DNA of 64,000 nt, from assembly GCF_964355755.1 (NCBI RefSeq), contig NC_092671.1:12338001-12402000 (forward strand), written 5' to 3'. Of this stretch, positions 37,379 to 50,043 are shown one piece after another. The first letter of the stretch is position 1, and every line of letters starts with the position of its first letter. Below the pieces are notes generated by a model. It worked only from the letters and a program-made list of their open reading frames with translations. It was not told the origin of the DNA and ran no database searches. Both the position numbers and the translations under genes were made by a program. This stretch comes from Antedon mediterranea (Eukaryota; Animalia; Echinodermata).

Positions 37379-37996
37379 GTAAGTAGCATAGTATACCCAC
37401 AAAACATCACGATTCATCTTTACCATCCTCACAATCAATCTAGCAGAAGCTGTGATAAAAGTATTTCATCCTGCAGAAATTGATTTTTTTTCAAATAGCA
37501 AATTATGACTTACTTCATCTTTGAACCCCTTTTCATGTTCTACTATATCCCATTTTTACACAATAGAGGGTGCTATGCCATTTTCTTTTTATTTCAAAAA
37601 AGTAGTTTCATTTCAAAAAATTCATCTTAAATGTATCACAAAATTGTTGTTTAGTATTGTTATTTATTATTTATTTATGCACGTACGACCAAACTGAAAT
37701 TTGTTTTCTTGTTAACTGATATACTCTTATGTATTGAACAACAATATTTTCTAACATTATTAAAAAAACAAAAATAAAGGTGATGACAAAAATGTGTTGT
37801 TACTGCCCTCTATTTTGAATACCAACATCCTATTTAATTTGTACTACTGTAATGTCTTCTGGGATGATTAAATTGGCTCCTCCAAATTTTCAAAAAAGAA
37901 GTAAAATGCATGTACATCTAATTTTTAATTTAAAAAGTAAATATATTAAGCATATAAATGTGTATTTTTAAAACCTGTAAATGTATTTAATTTTAG

Positions 37997-38437
37997 ACTA
38001 TTGAAGATTTTCTCTCTCGTGCTATTAATCTTATGGATCAAATGGAAAAGTTGCGAATTGAAATGAGTGCAAAGAATCCGGCGAACGATATTTACGGAAC
38101 GCAAAGAATGATTGAAGACCACACAAATCTTCGCAAGGAGATCTACAACATCCCGATTGATCGAATCAATCAGGATGGACATCGTGTGCTACGGAGAATA
38201 TGTGGGCTTTCCTCCGAGGAGAGCACCACCGACAGTGGTTACGGAAGTAGTTGTGGGAGTTACGGAGGTCCACCTAGCATGACAAATCCAGATTTTCAGA
38301 GTATGAATCCATCAATTATGAATTTGATGGATAGTATCGGAGTAAGACGGCAGCATCTGCATCATGTTTGGCATCTTAAGAAGTTGAAGCTAGATCAGGT
38401 TCTTCAGATGAGACTCTTTGAACAGGACACCTCCGAG
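37997..38437 (+). CDS. trio: Trio exon 7 (TIEDFLSRAINL...KLKLDQVLQMRLFEQDTSE), first spectrin repeat
   Basis: ttttag acceptor, gtcagg donor, 441 nt; WH..KLKLDQ..Q.RLFEQD motif. Confidence 0.97.
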
Positions 38438-38475
38438 GTCAGGAGTTTACAATATTTAGAATACATCTTTGTATT

Positions 38476-40252
38476 CAGTGGATACTCCTATTAAGTGGAC
38501 ACTTTCCTGTGAAATAAGCAAGGGGCAATATATTTTTTTAACCAATCCCTATTCAGAGAAACCACTATACAGGAGAACCTCTTTTCAGGGACATCCTTAT
38601 TCAGTGGACATCCAGGGAATGCTTTATTGGTCCACCCTAATTTCCCAGCACAAATTGTCATATTTTATATTAATAATTAGGTTATATGCATTAATGCATA
38701 TAACCTCTTGATTCTGTCAGAATCTTTATTTATTTCTTTATTTATTTATTTATTTATTCTTTCCTTAGCACTATTTGTCCGTGAATTATCTTGGCATCAG
38801 TTTCATCTAGCTAAATCAATTTTTCAGAGTATATTCCTTATGGCCAGGAATCGATGTGGTTATATTTTCACGATGCGCAATCAAAAATTACGCGGTCTAC
38901 GCGCGATTTTACGAAATCACGTTTGTAATCATATCTTCACAAGCATGAATCACAATTAAACAAAATTTGGTACTCATAAATTTCAGGTCATAATTCATTA
39001 TATGGCAATACAATTACGTGCGTAGCGCATATAACGCTTGCGTACGCGCGCTTAAAATGTTCAAAATTGTCAAAATTTATTTTCGATGAAATTAGAGTAC
39101 GTTTCAGGCAATTTTAAGCGTTTAAAAAATTGCCATGAGTGCGCCGATTTTTGCACGCGCACTGCGCGTTAAACGTTAATGCGCACTCTTTTTGCCCAAT
39201 TTCTGTTTTACAATCTTTCTTTAATAATATCATCATATTTGATTCACGTTTCAACTCGAAATTGCGTTATACGAGCACGTCAAAAGTGACTGGCTACGCA
39301 CGTATAAGTTAACAAAATGGTGAAAATATGCTAAATTTTAAAATTAATATATATCGTCAGAATGCAGGGGAACACCTATTTTTTATTTCATTTTCTTGAA
39401 GTGTATGTATCATATGTATGATTTATTATCAAATTAAGAGAACAAACGTTGATTAAGTCATCATTAATTGCATATTAAATTTTAAAAAAATAATTTCGAC
39501 AATCAAACAAATTATGACATTTTCTTAGGCCAAAATAACAAACTTAACATTAACTTTCTTCCTTCCAAAGTTCATATATTAAAGTTAAAAGTATATAGTT
39601 TGACAGTGCATCATTTGTTTACATTTTAAAGATGTCATCATAGTAAAAAATTATAATTCATTGCGGTATGTAATAATCTATTTGCACCAAACTGGTTACT
39701 GCATAGTAAATACACGGAGGAATTTTTCTACAACTTTTAGTTAGTTGTGTATGGCTCGGTGGTGTGTGCTCGTGTCTATGGCATTCAAGGTACCGAGATC
39801 GAGTCTCACCTTGGGAAACGAAATAAGATTTTTTTTTTATTATCCGTATTGTTTGTTCAAATTTATTTCTTAGTGTATAGATTATACACATGATTTATAA
39901 TGAAATCTAGATAAAAATTTACTTATGTCTTTATTATTATGTAACAACAAATGTGGTTTATGACATTATACGCATATGGATCTTTGATCGGATTGTGATA
40001 CCGGCAATGGTGGTCGCGTTAGCAAAGTCCTATCATATATTATAAATAATTAAAGATTCTGAGAAAATCAATCAATCAATATATCTTTTAAAAATCAATT
40101 ATCTTTATTTAAATCAATGCATATAACCTATAATTCGTCATAGTGACGAATTAAATCTAGTTATATTTAAAGCTACTTTGCCTCATCTGTTTTTAACTTC
40201 TCTCTACCAGCCTTGAGGTCCCGAAGATGTCCCCTTAATAGAGGTTCTGCTG
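38476..40252. mobile_element. Old pogo/Tc1-like MITE split by a Helitron-like insertion
   Basis: Left end cagtggatactcctattaagtggacac, right end gtccccttaatagaggttctgctg|ta; degenerate relatives near 51270-51440, 54040-54140 and 59275-59430. Confidence 0.5.
38708..40160 (+). mobile_element. Non-autonomous Helitron/Helentron-like element
   Basis: 3' perfect hairpin taattcgtca-tag-tgacgaatta followed by CTAG|T; subterminal inverted ttgattctgtcagaatcttt / aaagattctgagaaaatcaa; 5' (ttta)n tract. Confidence 0.75.
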
Positions 40253-40506
40253 TATTTTAGTTTTCCTTATTTCTAATTAGTAGATGCATAGGATACCTGA
40301 GTCACTTTATATACTTTAATTTTAATATTAATCATTAAAGATTCATAAACTATCTTATTTATGTTTTCAATTACCCTCTTGTCATAAATTGCTCATATAT
40401 TTACATCATACAATATTTATATACTTGCAATCTGTTAAAAAAAAGTATTTGAATTAATCTAGAAACGATTTAATATGCGAGATGTTTTTTTTCCTTATAA
40501 ATGTAG

Positions 40507-40629
40507 ATGTTAGACAATTTACAGCATAACCAGGATTTATTTCTCGTAAACCACACAGACATCGGAAACTCTGCAGAAATGTCCGCTGAGCTACATCAAG
40601 AGCATGAACACTTTGCAAACAAAGTCAAG
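40507..40629 (+). CDS. trio: Trio exon 8 (MLDNLQHNQDLFLVNHTDIGNSAEMSAELHQEHEHFANKVK), spectrin repeat
   Basis: tgtag acceptor, gtatg donor, 123 nt, phase 0; HN..LFL...T.IG.S...A.EL...H.HFA. Confidence 0.95.
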
Positions 40630-40929
40630 GTATGACTCGTTTTTAAATTTTGTTATTCTAAAACTATTGACATATATCTACATTCAATTTTATACCAAAC
40701 ACGCCTATATACTGGTTTTCCAGAAATTCTGTTGATTGTTCATTTTGCGCTATATTTAATTGTACATTCTTTTTATTTTTCTGAATGTGTGTCTAATGGG
40801 ATCTTTTGAACTTCAAGAAAATTGTGTTTCCGGTTTTCTTATAGTATAGTATTGGCAGAGTCGACTGTATTAAATTTAGAATTAATACATTATAATAGTA
40901 TATGGTTTGAGTGTTTTTCTCAAGATATA

Positions 40930-42268
40930 CATTCAACTCTCCCAATACCGGACTCTCCCAATACCGGACTTTCCAAAAACCGGAATTCACAAAAACCGGA
41001 CTTTTTTGGGGGGCCCAATTTGTCCCTATTCTAAATGTACTGTAATTTATTATGAAAACCGGAATACCCAATTCCGGAATCCGGACAAATTATGAAGTAC
41101 AAAACACGAAAATTAGCGTCTGAAAACCGGACTGACAGTAAAAAAACTCCAAATATTTACGAAAACAACGTAACATCGTCGTCGCTGACTCGGATTCAAT
41201 ACATTCACAATGTACAAAAGCTTTTAACCATACCCTGACCATGCATGAAGTGCGCGACATTTCGCGGTACGATCAAGTAATGTTGCCATGGAGCGCTACA
41301 CTGTGATTGACAGGTCAGTTCATTGTTAACCCACGAGGCGGCAATTGCTTTGTTGCGTATCAAACTGCGGTGGGCTTTTTCACATCGAAGCGCTATGTCT
41401 TAATGTCTATTGTTTTTAGCAGGGAGTTGTTAACAACTCCGTTTTTTAGCATATGAATTTTTTTTTAATAAAGTTCAATTTACATTCCACTTTGTGTCTT
41501 TGTTTTGTTTAAAGTATTGTTAAATTCACAATTGCAATAGGACTTTAAAAAGGAATGTTTCACTAAAAATGTGCATCATTATAAATTTGGAAATCATTAT
41601 GGCAAAACGTAAACGGAATGAACTTGACTTAACTAGTGTTAATAAACTTTGAAATGTTACCAATTAATTATTGTGTCATTATTGCTTGGCTCGTTTACCT
41701 AATCAATTTTCATCATTGCTATCAAATTACGTCAAAATAAAGGAGCTTAAAAAATATGTGGTCTGGGTGTGGGCGTTTTTATTTGATTATGACACCTCTG
41801 CACATGCGCATCAATCAAAGCCCTGCTTTGTTTTTTTGATCACCCATGCTGCTGCTGCTAGCTAGCTCATGCACGAAAAACAATAAACAGACCAAAATTA
41901 TGTTCACTGTACGTACGTGGCCATTGGCCTTTTTGCCGTTAAAAACACATTGAGAAACAATAATTTACTATTGTAACATGTTTTATTGGTACTGTACAAT
42001 AAATAATGTAACTTTTAAAAAAGGTAAATTGAATTAGTTTAATATTAATAAAGTAGGCCTAGGCCTATCAGTATTTATTTAATTTAAAACTAGCTTGACA
42101 CAATCATCCCTATGCTAGACCGTACCGGGCAGCATTCGGACCGGTGATTCAAAGCATTTTCAGTGACCACGTGATGACTTTAAAAATATGTTTTCAGGAA
42201 ACCGGACTTTCGAAAAACCGGAAAATATATGCCCGCCCAAGGGTGTCCGGTATTGGGAGAGTTGACTG
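40930..42268. mobile_element. Non-autonomous Tc1/mariner (pogo-like) transposon
   Basis: TIR cattcaactctcccaataccggac / gtccggtattgggagagttgactg; TA TSD; subterminal aaaccgga repeats. Confidence 0.85.
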
Positions 42269-42318
42269 TATTACCAAATTTGTATGAATTTTTAAACCTT
42301 TTAATGTATTTTTATTAG

Positions 42319-42510
42319 TCCATGCATCAAGACATCAACAACATTCTGACCGTATCCAGACATCTAGTTGGAAGTGGTCACTATGCCAAGGATGACATCC
42401 AGACCAGAGCTGACCAGTTACAAAAAGAATGGAGAGCATTCTCCAAAGCATTGGATGAGAGGGCCAAATTGTTGGAAATGTCTGTTATATTCCATAGCAA
42501 AGCTGAAGAG
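42319..42510 (+). CDS. trio: Trio exon 9 (SMHQDINNIL...MSVIFHSKAEE), spectrin repeat
   Basis: tttattag acceptor, gtttgg donor, 192 nt; SGHYA...I...A.QL..EW.AF..ALDER motif. Confidence 0.97.
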
Positions 42511-42719
42511 GTTTGGTTCAAATTTTAAACAATTTTGTTCAATTCAATTTATTATATCACAAAACAGAATGTTAATATTGTGATATAAAAGGTCAAAAGA
42601 TAAATATGAGTCCCATATTCATTCTGAATTTAGTTTAAAAAAATCTTCTTTATACTGGAGAACCTCTTTAGACAAGAACTGTTCTCCCAGAGGGCCCAGT
42701 ATTCAGACAAACAGAAACA

Positions 42720-42960
42720 AAAAACCCACCAAGCACACCTACTGTAACAATGGGAATGTATGAGAATGAACTTGTAGGAGTTCATTGTACTAAGCCTTAG
42801 CATATAGGGAGTTCACTTCCTTTCCATGCCACATTATCCTCTTTAGTATTTTTCAACCCGGTATTTACAGATGAGTAAAGTAGGAGTTGTTATCAGGAAT
42901 TGAACCTGAGTCTTTCTGTATGAAAGTCAAGTGTCCTAAACTACTTTGGCTACCACAAGT
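42720..42960 (-). mobile_element. Diverged tRNA-derived SINE, possibly CORE-like
   Basis: Minus strand tagccaaagtag A-box-like, ggttcaattcc B box, ctcatctgtaaat core-like word. Confidence 0.4.
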
Positions 42961-44360
42961 CTGACCTGTAATGAAAATAAAAATTAATTAATAAATAGAA
43001 GGAATTATAAGTTGTAAGTTTATTATAAAATTTAACCTGACTGAAATGTTAAAAACCTTCTGCTTATAAAAAAAAATGAATGTTTTTTGTTTATTGAGAG
43101 AAAATATTAATTCATTGAAAGCTTTACTGTCCTATTCAACTCAGATTCTCCTTGTTGAATTGAAATGAATCGTTCAACTCATGAACAATACTCTTATTAT
43201 ATTTTCCGTTTTCTTTATTAAAACGTCATGTTTTCTAGAATTTAACATTTTTTCAATTGTGAAATCCACTTTACGCTCTCTGTGAACAATTTGTTCACTT
43301 AGTGTATACACATCAGTACCACACTGATTTCATGAAAAGCGAGTAGATTTACAACACAGATGGGAACACAAATTCATCATTAATTAAAGATCAAATCAAA
43401 CAAATTCATATAAGTATACTTTATTTAATCAAATATTTCTCAAGTACTCAAGTTAAATGACTCTTTGTGAGGTACAGTTTGTGATTAAGTGAAAGAACGA
43501 TAGACAGAAGTAATTTAAAATATCTTGAAATTATTTCCCGTTTTTATCAATCGTCTATCGTAATGTGACTAAAACTAGGTTAGACCCATTTGTCATTTTT
43601 ACTCTTGTCATCTGCTGATAGAAAAAATATTGAAAGTTCTTCAGAATATTAATTATTTTAGATTAACTAAAAAGATAATGGGTATTTATACACAAAAGAG
43701 GCTCCATTTGGGAGAAAAAGTGGCATTACTATGATCCAATTATAAGCTCATTCATAGTACAATTGTAAGTTATACTTTAAGATTAATATACGAATGGAGA
43801 CTAGTTGGCTATGTACAGTCTTTTAAAAGAGGGGAAAAAACATTTGAGATTGAAGTTCAGAAATATAAAAGAATTGGTTACTTCAACAACTCTGATTGAT
43901 ATAACTAGCAATGAAGAGTAAATGGAGACTAGATGCAAAATATTTAATTTCTGCAATTGTCACCTCATTTGCGACCTCGTTTTGACAAACTGACTCCTGA
44001 TTGGTTAGTCCATTTTGTAAGTTGCGGGGCAATGTTTTTATCTGATTCAGTGTCTGGTGGTTTGAGTCGTGACTCGATTTGTTATTTGTCAGAAATACAT
44101 TGTTCTGAATATTTTTCTTGATAAATACAAAGTAATCCGTACACAGCACCTGCTTTGCACCAATTTAATGGAATCGTCATTCACTGTAAATTTGGATAAA
44201 TGTAACGATTACTGATTTCTACCTTACCATTGATATAAATGGATTAGTCACATGTTTTTTTAAAGTACTGTTGTTATCTATTCTTTTCTCATCAAGTGGA
44301 ACCCTGTCAAAAAAGTGGAATAGTCATAATTGATTTTGGAATTACTTTTAAATCTTGTAG

Positions 44361-44498
44361 TATTTATCGCATGTATGGGGATGGGCAACTAAGTGCAGAG
44401 GTCAGGGTTCACCACTTCCAACTAAGATTGAGGAATTAGAATCTGCCCTACTTTCTCACCAACGCCTACAGGAAGATATAAACCATAGTTATGCTGAG
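44361..44498 (+). CDS. trio: Trio exon 10 (YLSHVWGWATKCRGQGSPLPTKIEELESALLSHQRLQEDINHSYAE)
   Basis: cttgtag acceptor, gtatg donor, 138 nt; aligns by eye to Trio YMSNVDSWCKAC...LP.....LE.A...HQ...E.I...Y.E; not in the ORF track. Confidence 0.93.
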
Positions 44499-45853
44499 GT
44501 ATGTACACATTACTTTATTTTATTTTGTTTTAGTTATTTAGAAAGATTTACTTTATATATCATACCATATAACAAAATACTGTATTCAATATTACCTTTT
44601 ACACATTTTGTTGGTGGATTTCTATTGAATTTTTTATATATTTTTCCCCATAAGATTCTACTTATTTCCTACCCATCTTGACAAATACCAAAGATATTAA
44701 TAAACATTTCTTTGATGTTAACCATATTTCTAAACATTCATGATGGTTTTTTCATTTTATTTTGTGTGCATTTCAAATCCTCTGACAATTCAAATTTCTA
44801 CAAACTTTGTTTGACTTCATCAGTGGAGTTTGACTCCAAAAGTATTTGAAGCTATATACATTTGATCCAAAAAAATCAACATTTCAGTTATATGCATTTA
44901 CAGCAAACAGTTGTATTTATACAGTGTACAATATGACATACTTTTTTTACTCTACTGTTATGGCAAACATAATACATGCTTTGTTAATATTTAATAAGTT
45001 AGCTATACTTAGTTACAGAATTTGCTTAAGCTTACAGTTGTATAGCATTTTGCTTATTATGTAATTGTTTTACATTTACAATTGTATAATCAAATTAAAT
45101 ATGAAAGCACTAATATATATATATCTTGTTCTGCAAGTTAATATGAAAATTACTTGAGTGCGTATTTCCGAATGAGCATATCTACTACATTAATGCAAGT
45201 GGTTTTTGAAATTTATATTATGTGACTGATACAGTAATATAGATTACTCTTTTTTTCATATCTGATGGCTTTTCAGTTTGATAATCTACAATTTATGCAT
45301 GTTTTTTAAACTACCATTATACAAAAGTTTTCGGTATCAATGATTTGATTTCATGTTTGTACAATCTCTTACTACAATACAAATGTTTCTGTTGTATCAT
45401 TTCAACATGAGTACAGTATTGTCCGATACCATTTCAAGCAATGCCAGGGCTGAAAATAAGCTTTAATTCTGAAAGTAGTAAAACATACATTGTTTCTCAT
45501 TGTTTGGAATTAAAAAGGTTTTCACACATTATTAATAAGGTTAGATCAAGAATAGAGTTAACTGAAATCACATCCTGTATATGTTTTAATGTCTAACGGC
45601 TAAAATTAACCTTTGAATTTTGCTCACAAGTCTGACCAGTTATAGACTGTATTATCAATTAATTGGCTAACCAGGCTAGCGGCCATTGTTAATTTTCAGC
45701 CCTGGAATTCAAATTTGTGTGATATCATTTGAACATAACAATACAAGTATGTCTAATGTCATTTAAACTTGAATATAACCATGTTTGATATTTTGTATCT
45801 GTTCCTTCACTCTCTTTTTTCACTTCCTACTCAATCACTCTTGCACCTTCTAG

Positions 45854-45901
45854 CTTCGAACCCATGGACAACACATGTTAAATAAACTGCAGCAGTTACA
45901 G
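45854..45901 (+). CDS. trio: Candidate alternative 48-nt Trio microexon (LRTHGQHMLNKLQQLQ)
   Basis: ~50-nt polypyrimidine tract plus ctag acceptor, CAG|gtagcg donor, phase 0, no stop codon, downstream GCATG cluster. Confidence 0.6.
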
Positions 45902-47697
45902 GTAGCGCCCTCTATACATCTTTATTATTCATCAGCTTTTATTGAATATACATAATTTAGTATTCATGAGATAATGTATGCATATCATTTTGTTATTTAA
46001 TTCATGAGATGATTATGTATGCATACAAGATTTTCATAATCATGCATTTATATAGTTTTAATATACTTGAGCATGTGTATATATATAAAGCCTATTTTCT
46101 TGGCAGCTTTAATGAATATTCATTGAACATTATTGATTATTCATGAACCCCTCTGCATGCCTTTATGATCTGATAAGCATGTGTGTTTGGAGCCTGTGCA
46201 GCGCATGCATGTGATGCTTTGATTTTTATTTTGAATTTTTTAGCATGTAGCATGGAATAAATTAATTTTTTATTTTATATTGTGAAGTAAAATTTTAATG
46301 TGGTACGTTATGTTAAGTACATATGGTACCATTTATATTGGTTTTGTTAAATTGTTTGTTAACAATTATTTGAAAATGTAAGATTAATTTAAGATAGATA
46401 GATATGTTTTATAGTAAGTTTTATTTTTTATTTGAACTCAAAAAATAAAAGAATCTCCTGTTTTTTTCCATCTGTCATGCATGAGCAACTTTTGCAATAT
46501 GATTTGATTTAGTTAAAAAGTGTGTTAAAAATTACCTTAAGTTGATTTAAACACCATCCCTATCATAATTCTGTTTTTTTAGATATAGTCTTTGTATTTA
46601 GTCTGAAAATGTATTTATGTTGGTGATATTGGTTTGTTTCTTTTTTATTTCTCAATAATTAAATCCTTTTTACAGGTGCTTTGTACAATAATTTGTAAAC
46701 TATTTTGGCAAAAGCAGAGGGAAATTGTACCTGTAGCTTGCTCGAATTTTCTATATTTGTTTTGTTTGTGAAATTCATCCTCTGAATGGGTAAAACCAAA
46801 ACAGTAGTGGTGTTAAAGAACAACAAATGTTTTACCTTATTGTCTAACTTGTTCTAACTTGAATTCTTTTATTTTTTTTTCTTATGGGCCAATTTTATGT
46901 TCTTTTGTTTTTGTTTCAGACACATGAATTCCTACTTTTATTTTCAGTTTATTTTGATCAAATCAGTTTATGATTTAATAATCCTTTTTATATTATTAAA
47001 CACCTTTTCTCCTTTATTAGATTTATGTGTTTCTGTTGTCAGTATCTTTTATGGCTGTGTAATTTTTTTTTAAACCTAATTTTTTTTAAATAAATATTTT
47101 AATAAAACCATGTAATTGTAATGCAAAATCTACATCAACAACAAGCCAAGTCATTTAATGCAAATATTTTGGTTTTTATTTAGTAAGTAAATCAAAATTC
47201 ACTGTTTCCATTTGGTCAGAATAAGATCAATACTTAAAATACTTAAAATTGCATGTGAAATGTATATGTTGCATTAAATTGCTTGGTATAGGATTTTGTG
47301 GACAAATTTAGAAGGATTTGTCTGCATTTTGAGTCCACCAGCTTAATATTTTGATGATTTAAATTTCATGTGAATTTTAATGGCAGTATATTACGTATAA
47401 AACCAGGTTGTTAATCAGTGCTAGTCCCTGCAGTTACTTTTGCCATTAGTCTTATCAATGTATCTACATAAGATAAATCCTTATCACCATCCCAATCACA
47501 TCAAATAAACATTAATATTAAAAGGTGCTAAGCTGATCATGGACACATATTTCAAGGGATCAAAATTTAAATATCATTCATCATATAAAAAGAAAAATAT
47601 AGCACAGGAAGATGTAGGATTAACGTCAAAGACTTTACACTAAAAGTAATTGAAAATAACTTGGGTATTGAGGGCGCTGTTGCTATTGTCATTTTAG

Positions 47698-47928
47698 GTT
47701 TGTGCAGATGGTAAATCTTTACTAGATGCATTACAACAGCCTGTTAGTGAGGAAAGTGAGGATTCCGTTACTGCCCAAGCTGATTACTCTAAGTCGGCGA
47801 CTCATGTTCTGGACGTAGTGCATGAAATTCTTGATAACCATAGACACTTGGACGAGATGTGGCAAAATCGTAAAACTCTGTTTCAACAACAGTTGCAGTT
47901 GCTCCTATTCAAGCAGGATGCTGAAGAG
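47698..47928 (+). CDS. trio: Trio exon 11 (VCADGKSLLDALQQPVSEESEDSVTAQADYSK...LFKQDAEE)
   Basis: ttttag acceptor, gtagg donor, 231 nt; matches V..DGKSLLD.LQ.P...DS.TA.A.YSK...HVLDV.HE; not in the ORF track. Confidence 0.97.
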
Positions 47929-49337
47929 GTAGGTCAAATGTCTTGTTTGGTTGTGTTTTTTATTATTAAATAAATATATTCTTACTTAAAAGTAGAGCAA
48001 GGTTTTGTTTGTAATTAGAATCCTTTTAATGTATATCTTTACTTTGTATTTCTTAGACCTATTTCGAAACATTTTGTGAAATTAAAATGATTAATGTGTT
48101 TCCCCAACCTACTTTAGTGTAAGTACACTTTCCCAGCCCTGATGGTTGGTCAGGTTTCAACACCTTTAAAAGACACACCCATTGAAAAATGACCAGACTA
48201 TCTTCCTATCATGTCAATAAGTAATGAGATTCCCCAATAAGAATGACATTAAAATGCATCTAAAAAATGCAAATATTATTAATGCAATTTTTCAGGGGGT
48301 CGATCATACATTAATGATACACGAACAGTAGCCATGGGCTGCCATCTAGCATTTGCTTTCTTTTCTCTCAACCGTATCACTTTATATCACAAAGCTACAG
48401 CCCTGTATACAATAGGATGTCATCAGTATTGTTACTTATAATCAAATCGCATTTAATGGTTGGTTTGTCTGAAGTTGAAAACTTAACTACAAACTATAAA
48501 ATAAATACGAGACTTGGGAAGTTGTTTAATATCCAATCGCGCGATCGGCATCAAACCAAAACCTGTATATTTGATATTTATTATCAAGACTAAGATGCAG
48601 CCTAAGATATACCATATGTGCATGTCTATAATACAAACTTTATTCTCTATAAGACGCATACTCAATTTGAAACGGCTAAAGGTTAGACATTTAATTTAAA
48701 TTTATTAAGAAGAAAAACATGATGAAAAATTTATAGGAAATACTTATCTCAAACATGATCATTTAACTTGAATGATAAAAGTCATTTATCCAAATAACAA
48801 ACATAAATTCAAGTGTGGTCGTGTGTGCTGACGGTCATTTTAATTTCCAGCTTAAAGTCTAAACTCACTGATTTAATTTACTGAAATTTAATGTGAAGCT
48901 GTATCTGTCTGATGTGATTATTTTCTGTAGACAACATAGGCTATTTACTTAGAAACGAGAAACATATAAAATAGGTCATAGTACATTAAGGGAAAAGCTA
49001 CCATTGGGTAACTAGTAGGTATGAAATATAATAAATGTTTTTAGGAATACAGTATGTAAGTATTATTGACTAATTATGGTAATTTAACCTTTTAACTGTG
49101 AATTAGCGCCATAAGGTGAGCATTACATGAACAAGCACCGCATTCTCAGTGAAGTATGTTTAACCATATTTCAATAATTTTATATGTTATTTTGCAGAAA
49201 ACATATATATATATATATATATATATAAACACATTAGGCAACGAACATTAATATATATATATAAACACAACAGGCATAGAAATAAATTCCAAACCGCCCG
49301 GTGATACACTGTATCATTAAAATATATATATATATAT

Positions 49338-49499
49338 GCACTGATGAAGGGCTAGTGTTGCCCGAAAGCTCTGCTAACTTTTCTGGCTGTTTACTTTATC
49401 GTTTTGATTTAGCTTTTCGCTTTTTTTTTGTATCTCCATTGAGATCCAGCCACTGATACCCACAGCATTGTCATTTTTTTCAGTAATTTGCCTTTGGAT
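49338..49499 (+). mobile_element. Solo Penelope pLTR-like unit with minimal hammerhead ribozyme, inserted in (TA)n
   Basis: Near-identical to 6059-6215; CTGATGA-A-GGGC-TAGTGTT-GCCC-GAAA-GCTC; flanked by TA runs. Confidence 0.8.
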
Positions 49500-49920
49500 T
49501 TATATATATATAATACTATGGTAATGAAAGTACAATGAATAGGATTTCAATATTTCAGTGCTTTAGTTTGTCATTATAAATATGTCATTATGATGATTAC
49601 ATAATCAAGTAGTAGGAAATCTAACTTTAAGTGGCTTTTAAGTTTTATAGATCATTTATTTATATCATGAAACATGTGTCTCAGCCTAATAATAGCATAA
49701 GGAACATCTCACGCTTTCTAAACCAAAAAGGATGTCTAGTTAGTAAATTGATTTAGCCGCATTAAAGCTCTTTAAAATAGTTCAGAATGAGAAAAGAACC
49801 TCTAAATAAAAACCTAAACATTAGCAATAAAGTTTCAATAAAATAAATTAATAAACCTGTTTGCTGCCCTCTTTTCTCTGTACACAATATTTTCCATATT
49901 ATTGTTTATTTTCTCTCCAG

Positions 49921-50043
49921 GTTTTATGTTGGTTAGACGACTATGGTGAAGTATTCCTTAGTAAACACACTGGTATTGGGAAATCATTAAATAAAGCGAA
50001 ATCTTTGCATAAAAGGCATGAAGAATTTGAATCTCGAGCTAAG
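49921..50043 (+). CDS. trio: Trio exon 12 (VLCWLDDYGEVFLSKHTGIGKSLNKAKSLHKRHEEFESRAK); last exon recognised in the window
   Basis: ttctctccag acceptor, gtatg donor; GE.FLSKHTG.GKSL..A..L.KRHE.FE motif. Confidence 0.97.

Noticed and set aside
40793-41095. Three overlapping short ORFs
   Set aside because: They arise from subterminal repeats of the pogo-like element.
42368-42583. 71-aa ORF overlapping exon 9
   Set aside because: Alternative frame of a Trio exon; no independent support.
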